Positions 54,032 to 61,300 of a stretch of DNA of 64,000 nt are shown piece after piece (within the stretch, counting starts at the first letter, position 1; each line of letters begins with the position of its first letter). The DNA is from an uncultured Candidatus Saccharibacteria bacterium (GTDB lineage Bacteria > Patescibacteriota > Saccharimonadia > Saccharimonadales > SZUA-47), in NCBI GenBank assembly GCA_964536485.1, contig CAZHXX010000004.1, positions 25,457-89,456 on the forward strand. Direction: 5' to 3'. Both the position numbers and the translations under genes were made by a program. Below the pieces are notes generated by a model that was not told the origin of the DNA, did not search any database, and saw only the letters and a list, made by a program, of their open reading frames with translations.

Positions 54032-55258
54032 ATGAAAAAAGGACACATAAAAGCACGACTTGTTGCGACTATGGTAAGTGTTTTGTCACCCCTTGCACTC
54101 GTTGCGCCAGCGCAAGCGGCCACGCAAACATTCATGCCACTAGACGCAACCAACTTAGGGAAAATGAGCGCTGGTACGAGCTGGGTGAGTGGCATTGCGC
54201 CAGTAAATGGTGATACCGTAGTCTTTCCTGTTAGCGCAAATTACCAAACAGTTAATAACGACATATCAAGCTTGTCACTCGCGAAGATAGTGTTTAGTGG
54301 CGAAGTAACAACCACAAGCTCAAAGAGTTTTGAAATATCAGGCAACGGTCTCACCCTTACTGAAGGTATAGATGCGATCATGACTGGGAATGGTGGAGAT
54401 CATTCGGTAGCCACAAGTGTAACGCTAGGTGCTAACGCTACTTTCAAAACCTCAGGCTCAAACACATTAAGCGTTGGCGATGACGATACCGAGACAACAC
54501 TAGATCTAGGGACACACGACCTTACCCTTGATGCAAGTGGCGGGACCATCTCGTTACTTGGTGATATAGCTGGTTCAGGTAAAATTACCAAAACTGGAAC
54601 TGGTAAAGTAAGCTTACTCGCAACGCCAGGAGCTGGTTACGCTGGATCATTCGAGGTTAGCGAAGGTTCACTCAGTATTGATGATACGTTTGGTGCTGCT
54701 AATGTCGTCATTAATGGGGGGACTCTTAAGGGCTCTGGTGCTGTAGGGGACGTGACTATGTCGAGTGGAGCGATTGCCCCTGGTAATAGTCCTGGCTGTC
54801 TTAATCCAAGTGGTCTATCCTTTACTGGCGGTGAATATGATGTTGAGATTGCTGGTCATTCTGGCTTGAGCTGTGATTATGACCAGATGGTTGTTATGGG
54901 TTCAATTGATCTCGGTTCCGCAACAACGTTAAAAGTAACACTTTTGAATGGATACACTCCAGCGACAAATGATGTATTTAGCATCATTCTTAATGACGGC
55001 ACCGATGCAGTACAGGGTACCTTCAAGGGCCTAAATGAGGGGGATAAATTTACGGTCGGAGCATATACGTATCAGATTTCTTATAAAGGTGGGGACGGTA
55101 ATGATGTTACCCTGACTGCTACGGGCACTCCAAGTGCGCCAGATACAGGGAGCAACTCTCTGCTTGCAAACCCATTTGTGACTCTCGCTACAGCGTTAAG
55201 TGTTGCGGGTGCACTTGTTGGATACCGAATGCACGAGACAAAGAAAGCTCGCAAATAA
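54032..55258 (+). CDS. Secreted beta-strand repeat surface protein with a sortase sorting signal
   Basis: Signal peptide ...LVAPAQA|AT. The repeat GSGKITKTGTGKVSLL...GSLSIDD...INGGTLKGSG resembles autotransporter-associated beta-strand repeats. The C-terminus is SAPDTGSN, then a hydrophobic helix, then KKARK. Confidence 0.6.
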   Translation: MKKGHIKARLVATMVSVLSPLALVAPAQAATQTFMPLDATNLGKMSAGTSWVSGIAPVNGDTVVFPVSANYQTVNNDISSLSLAKIVFSGEVTTTSSKSFEISGNGLTLTEGIDAIMTGNGGDHSVATSVTLGANATFKTSGSNTLSVGDDDTETTLDLGTHDLTLDASGGTISLLGDIAGSGKITKTGTGKVSLLATPGAGYAGSFEVSEGSLSIDDTFGAANVVINGGTLKGSGAVGDVTMSSGAIAPGNSPGCLNPSGLSFTGGEYDVEIAGHSGLSCDYDQMVVMGSIDLGSATTLKVTLLNGYTPATNDVFSIILNDGTDAVQGTFKGLNEGDKFTVGAYTYQISYKGGDGNDVTLTATGTPSAPDTGSNSLLANPFVTLATALSVAGALVGYRMHETKKARK

Positions 55259-55349
55259 AGAGACTGAGCACTTTACAACTAGACGTAACGCCCGCTCTTG
55301 CTGAAAACGCAGGAGTGGGTGTTACGCGTTATAAGTAAAAACGACATAC

Positions 55350-56423
55350 ATGGAATACAAACACACGACAAAAATGGCGCCACGAGCAGCAGAGCGTATA
55401 AAAAAATACGATGCCTATATTAGACGTGATTCGCAGGCACAATATAGCCGTCGAGCACGGGTTCCTGTAGACAGCCTGTCGGGTCGTATTCGCGCGGTTT
55501 CAGCTTCGGATAAAGCTTCTTCTCCTGTAAATATGCCGTCGCCTCGTCCTGCTATGGCAAAGGAAGGTGCAGTTATAGCTAGCTCATTGAGGGCTACGCG
55601 TAAGAATACACCATATACACCTATGAGTATTGCACAGCAGGTTGCGCTATTCTCGGTGCACCAAGCTAAAGCAAGCCGACAGGATATTCTGGCAGAGGAG
55701 TTCTCTGGGAGTTATCAAGAAATTCCAGCACGAAGACAAAAATTATCACGTACTCAAAAACTTTTTTATGGTGCAGGGACGCTCGTCTTTTTATTCGCCT
55801 TTGGCGTGAGCATTCAGGGTATCATTATGAATCAACAAGCAAAAGAGAAGATAGGAGTACTTGGTGCGCAAACCCAAAAACCTGATGAATACGGGGTTCC
55901 AGAGGGTAGTGGTGACCAGCCAGCTGAGGCAGCCGTGTCAAAATCTGCGCTGGCCGCTTATAACGTGAGCCCCGAACTGCCTAGGTATCTGCGTATTCCC
56001 GAGCTCGGAGTCTTTGCTCGCATTAAGCACACGGGGGTCACGCAAGATGGCGCAATTGATGCCCCAAAGAACATCAACGATGTAAGCTGGTATGACCAGA
56101 GTGCGCAACCAGGGAGCGAAACGGGTTCGTCATTACTTCTGGGACATGTATCAGGGTGGACGGCACCAGGTGTTTTTAAAAAAATCAATCAGCTAAAATC
56201 GGGCATGCGCTTCGAGATAGAGAAGGGTAGCGGAGAGAAGATTACCTATGAAGTAACCCATGGTGAGAGTATTCCGCTCGACATTTTAAATATGGGGAAA
56301 ATATTAACACCCGAGGTCACAGGAGAACACGACTTGAAGCTAATGACTTGTGCTGGTCGGTTTAACCGTGAAGCTGATAGGTTTGAAGAGCGGTATGTGG
56401 TCTACGCAAAAATAGTGCGCTAA
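55350..56423 (+). CDS. Sortase-family transpeptidase with a long N-terminal extension
   Basis: Catalytic His (LLLGHVSG), Cys (LKLMTCAG) and Arg (ERYVVYA). One TM segment at about aa 140, preceded by about 135 basic residues. Confidence 0.8.
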   Translation: MEYKHTTKMAPRAAERIKKYDAYIRRDSQAQYSRRARVPVDSLSGRIRAVSASDKASSPVNMPSPRPAMAKEGAVIASSLRATRKNTPYTPMSIAQQVALFSVHQAKASRQDILAEEFSGSYQEIPARRQKLSRTQKLFYGAGTLVFLFAFGVSIQGIIMNQQAKEKIGVLGAQTQKPDEYGVPEGSGDQPAEAAVSKSALAAYNVSPELPRYLRIPELGVFARIKHTGVTQDGAIDAPKNINDVSWYDQSAQPGSETGSSLLLGHVSGWTAPGVFKKINQLKSGMRFEIEKGSGEKITYEVTHGESIPLDILNMGKILTPEVTGEHDLKLMTCAGRFNREADRFEERYVVYAKIVR

Positions 56424-56638
56424 GAGGCTTGCACAGGCACCTTGCACACGCGTATTATAGAAGCTTAGGTGAGTCTTAAATGTGTGAGACCCTCCCATTG
56501 TTCAATTTTTATTATCTATATTCGATTTATTGTTTTAAAACCTACAAATTCTTGAGGCTAATGAAGTGATAGTGAGCGCCGACAGAATCTAGAAGAATTT
56601 TAGAACAGCTCGAGACAACAAAGAAAGGGGGATCCAGT

Positions 56639-58153
56639 ATGGGTCCAGAGGTGATTGTCGCTGCATTAGTCGCGCTTGGCGCAGGCTATGGTGTAAGCAA
56701 CTATACAACAAAGAAAAAAATTGGAAGTGCCGAAGAAGAGGCGACGAAAGAACTTGAGAAAGCAAAAAAGGAATCCGCAAAATTGCTTGCAGAAGCAAAA
56801 GAAGACGCGATAAAGCTTGCTGACGAGACACGCCGAGAAGATCAGAAAAGACGAAGTGAAATCAAGGAAGTTGAAAAACGGCTTCTCGATCGCGAAACCA
56901 ACTTAGACAAGAAGCTTGATGAACTCGATAAGCGCGCTGAAAAGTTACGTGTTTCTGAGTCTGAAGTAGAAGAGCTTAAGAATGAGATTCGTGATATCCG
57001 CAGTAAGCAACAAGACAAACTTGAGAAGATTGCCAAGCTAACAAAGTCTGATGCTGCTGAAAAGCTCATGCAAATGACCGAACGAGACATCAAGGAAGAC
57101 CTAAAAGGTCTCGTTAATAAATTGCAAAATGAAGCAAAAGAAAATGCCGAAGAACTGGCTGGCATGTATATTGTGCAAGCTATGGAACGCATGGCGAGCG
57201 AAGTAACAGCAGAGCGCACCATAACAGCTTTAAAACTTACTGACGAAGAAATGAAAGGTCGTATCATCGGCAAGGAAGGCCGAAATATTCAAGCTATTCA
57301 AAAGGCAACTGGTGTTGATGTGATGGTGGATGACACTCCGGGCATGGTAGTGCTTTCAAGCTTTGACCCTATTCGTCGTGAAGTTGCCAAAAGAGTCATG
57401 GAAATGCTCATGAAAGATGGGCGTATTCACCCCGGCAGAATTGAGGAGGTTGTAGAGAGAGCTCAAAAAGAAGTTCAGAAAGATGTTGTTCGGGCTGGAG
57501 AAGATGCAGCACGTGAAGTGGGTATTGTCGGGATTCCAAAAGAAATCTTACAGCTTTTGGGCGAACTTAAATACCGAACAAGCTATGGCCAGAATGTGCT
57601 AAAACATTCGACGGAAATGGCTCACATGGCTGGTATCTTGGCAGAACAGCTTGGAGCCAATGTGAAGGTAGCGAAATATGCAGCACTTATTCACGATATG
57701 GGCAAGGCTCTTACGCATAAGATGGAAGGTAAACACCATCATATTAGTGGTGAAATGGCTCGTAAATACGGTGTTCCTGAAGAAGTTGCTCTTGCCGCTG
57801 AACAGCATCATGACGATGTTGAAGCAACAAGTACCGAAGCAGTCATCATTCGTGTAGTAGATGCAATTTCTGCTTCACGGCCGGGGGCACGAAACATCAG
57901 TGCGGAAAACTTTGCAGAACGTATGCGCGATCTCGAAAACACAGCGCTTGGCTTCGAAGGGGTGGAGAAAGCTTATGCCATAAGTGCTGGGCGTGAAGTC
58001 CGGGTCTTTGTGAAGCCGGTGCATATCGATGACCTCGGTGCTATCAAGCTTGCTCGTGATCTTGCAAACAAGATAGAGAGTACCATGCAGTATCCAGGGA
58101 CAATAAAAGTAAATGTAATACGTGAGACGCGTGCTATAGAATTTGCAAAATAG
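56639..58153 (+). CDS. rny: Ribonuclease Y
   Basis: N-terminal TM segment, coiled coil, KH domain (GRIIGKEGRNIQ) and HD domain (HSTEMAHMA...LIHDMGK). Confidence 0.95.
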   Translation: MGPEVIVAALVALGAGYGVSNYTTKKKIGSAEEEATKELEKAKKESAKLLAEAKEDAIKLADETRREDQKRRSEIKEVEKRLLDRETNLDKKLDELDKRAEKLRVSESEVEELKNEIRDIRSKQQDKLEKIAKLTKSDAAEKLMQMTERDIKEDLKGLVNKLQNEAKENAEELAGMYIVQAMERMASEVTAERTITALKLTDEEMKGRIIGKEGRNIQAIQKATGVDVMVDDTPGMVVLSSFDPIRREVAKRVMEMLMKDGRIHPGRIEEVVERAQKEVQKDVVRAGEDAAREVGIVGIPKEILQLLGELKYRTSYGQNVLKHSTEMAHMAGILAEQLGANVKVAKYAALIHDMGKALTHKMEGKHHHISGEMARKYGVPEEVALAAEQHHDDVEATSTEAVIIRVVDAISASRPGARNISAENFAERMRDLENTALGFEGVEKAYAISAGREVRVFVKPVHIDDLGAIKLARDLANKIESTMQYPGTIKVNVIRETRAIEFAK

Positions 58154-58173
58154 ACTCTTTGCGCGTGCATGAA

Positions 58174-58206
58174 AAGAAGCCATATGAAAATGGCTTCTTT
58201 TTTTGT
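58174..58206 (+). terminator. Intrinsic terminator after rny
   Basis: agaagccat-atgaaa-atggcttct followed by ttttttt. Confidence 0.8.
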
Positions 58207-58353
58207 TGAACAACTCAAAACAGTCCCGGCTTCCACATTTATGTACATACTATGAAAAGCGAGCTTTTTCTCTCCAAAAGCACTTGCGTTTTAATCATGC
58301 TTATCCTAAACTGTTAGAAGGTATTTTTACAAGATAAAACAAGGGCGCAAATC

Positions 58354-61300
58354 TTGTTGCAAAAAAAGAGACTATTTGGAGGGCTATTTGTACTATTGTC
58401 GTTGCTGGCAGTTGTGCTTATTGTTGCACTAAGGCCAGTGAAGGTCCCTGTTAATGGGCTGTTGCGTCAGTCCAACGGAACTCCTGTGAGTGACGGATAT
58501 TATGACCTGCGCGTTGTCGGGTTTAATGCCCAGAGCGGGTTGCAGACTATAGAGCAGGACTTTCAAGATGTGTTTGTGAGTAGTGGCCAGTATGAGGTGC
58601 CGGTAAATTTGAATCGTTTTTCTGCGACAGGAGATACTTATCTCCAGATTTGTCGTACCGAGGTACCTACTTCTGCTAAGGATGGCATCGAGACCAATGT
58701 GCCGGACGGCTGTAAACAACCAGTCGAGGAGAAGGACACCTTCACATACGCTGAATGTCCACAGACTATCTCCATTAATGCCGCAGGTGGTCTTGCGCGG
58801 CTTCTCGGTGAAAGACAGGCATCACTCTTCAGTCAGTGTGTCTATGAAGCAAAAGATACTTCAGGGAACGATCTTCCTTTGGCTCCTTCTGAAGCGCAGC
58901 AGCCAAGTGTCGTGGCGCTAAAAGGCGACAAAGGAGATACTGGTGAAGCTGGGCTTTCCGGTGAAACTGGATCTAAAGGTGAAACTGGTGAACAGGGTGC
59001 TCCTGGCAAAGATGGTGCTAATGGAGCCACGGGTGCAGCAGGCCCGGTAGGGCCAGTAGGGCCTCAGGGAGCAATAGGGCCGGCCGGCGATCCTGCTACA
59101 GACGACCAAACACTTTCTTTTGGAGGCGCGAGCATCCTTTCGATAGCTGGCGGTAATTCTGTTAGTCTCGCATCGCTTCTTGATAATACTGATACATTAG
59201 CAAGTTTATCCTGTGCGAATGGCCAGGTGGCGCAGTGGAACACGATTGCTTGGCAATGTGCTTCAGCATCGGTTGATACTGACCAGCAAACACTTGCAGT
59301 CATTGGTTCTGGTGCTGGAAGGCAACTTCAAATTTCTGGCGGTAATACTGTTGGGCTATCTGATAACGACACAACGTATAGCGCTGGAACAGGACTTACT
59401 TTAGCAGGAACAGCATTTTCGCTTGCGACTTCGGGGGTTAGTGCTGGAAGTTATGGCTCTGCAACACAAATACCAACGCTTACTGTGGATGCTCAAGGGA
59501 GAATTACCAGTGTTACAACTGCTACTATTACCGACGCCGACACTTTAGCTGGTCTTTCTTGCTCAAGCAACCAGGTTGCTAAGTGGAATGGGAGCGCATG
59601 GGTATGTGCAAATGATACAGACACCAACACTGACGCACAGACCCTGAATCTTTCTGTTAACACGTTAAGTATAAGTGGCGGAAACTCCGTGAATCTTGCG
59701 AGCTATCTCGATAACACTGACGCCCAAACGGTAAGTTATTCGACCGGTACCAAGCTCTTGTCTATTAGTGGGGGCAACACGGCAGATTTATCCTCTCTTT
59801 TAGATAACACTGATGCACAAGATTTGTCACTCACCTCAAATACACTCAGTCTTACAGGGGACGCTTCTACCGTTGATTTAACTCCTTACCTAGATAATAC
59901 CGATACACTCGCCAGTCTCTCCTGTTCGAGTGGTCAGGTAGCACAGTGGAATGGTTCTGTGTGGGTTTGTGCATCCGCCTCGGTTGATACAGACGACCAG
60001 ACTCTGAGCTACACAGCCGGTACACAAACGCTCACAATTTCAGAAGGGAATAGTGTTTTTCTTTCTAGTCTTCTCGACAACACCGATAGTCAAGCAATCT
60101 CACTGACCGGTAACACCTTGTCTATATCTGGTAATGTTGGCACTGTCGACCTCTCCGGTTACTTAGACGACACCGTCTTAAGCGAAGCCCAAGTAGATAG
60201 CTATGTCTCTAACAATGGCTACCTTACGAGTGAAGTTGATGGCAGTACGACCAATGAATTGCAAGACCTAAACCTCAGTGGCAATACACTCACTCTTACC
60301 GTCATCGGTTCCCCCACTAACATTGATCTTAGTCCTTACTTAGATAACACCGACACCCAAGACCTTAGTCTTATTGGCAATACACTTAGTCTTGTTGCTG
60401 GTGGTTCAGTAGATTTATCTGGCTACTTAGATAACACTGACGCACAAGATCTTACTCGCACTGGTAATATCTTGGCTCTCACTAATGACGCTGGTACGGT
60501 TGATCTCTCAGATCTTCTCGACAACACCGATAGTCAAAACCTCTTCTTCACTATTAACGCACCAAACGGTACTGACCCAACTGCAGACAGTGCAACCGAC
60601 ACGCTTAATCTTGCAGATGGTGCTGGCATTACCATCACAGGTGACAGCACTACGGATACGCTTACTATTGCGTCAGTATTAGGTACCAGCATAGACAGTA
60701 GCGAAATTACTGACGGTACTATTACCTTTGCAGACATTGCAAACAATAGTTGTGGAACTGATGAAATCTTTAAGTTTAATGGTTCTGCTTGGTACTGTGG
60801 CGCAGATAATGACACGGCAGTCTCAGAAGCAGCAGTTGAAGCCTTTATCTTTGACGCAGACAATACAGGGACACTCAGCTCAGGCACCCTCGCTCTTGGC
60901 TCACTCAGCTACACTGGCACCCTAAGTGATACTAACATTGCCGACGCTCTCACTATTAGTTCTTCTGGTTCTGTGGCTGACGGTGCACTTAGTGCCAATG
61001 TCTCACTGTTTGGTAGCTCAGTAGACTCTAGTGAGATTACCAATGGCACGGTGACTGGTACTGACCTTGCCAGTGCTACTATCCTCTTTAGCAATATTGC
61101 TCAGAACGGCTGCAGTGGCAACCAGATCATGAAGTGGAATGGCTCTGCCTGGGCTTGTGCCGCAGACGTTGACACTGACACTGATGCACAGAATCTCTTC
61201 CAGACACTTAATGCAGACAATGGTACCGACCCAGTTGCTGACAGTGCCACCGACACACTTAACTTGGTCAGTGGAGCAGGAGTCACTATTACTGGCGACA

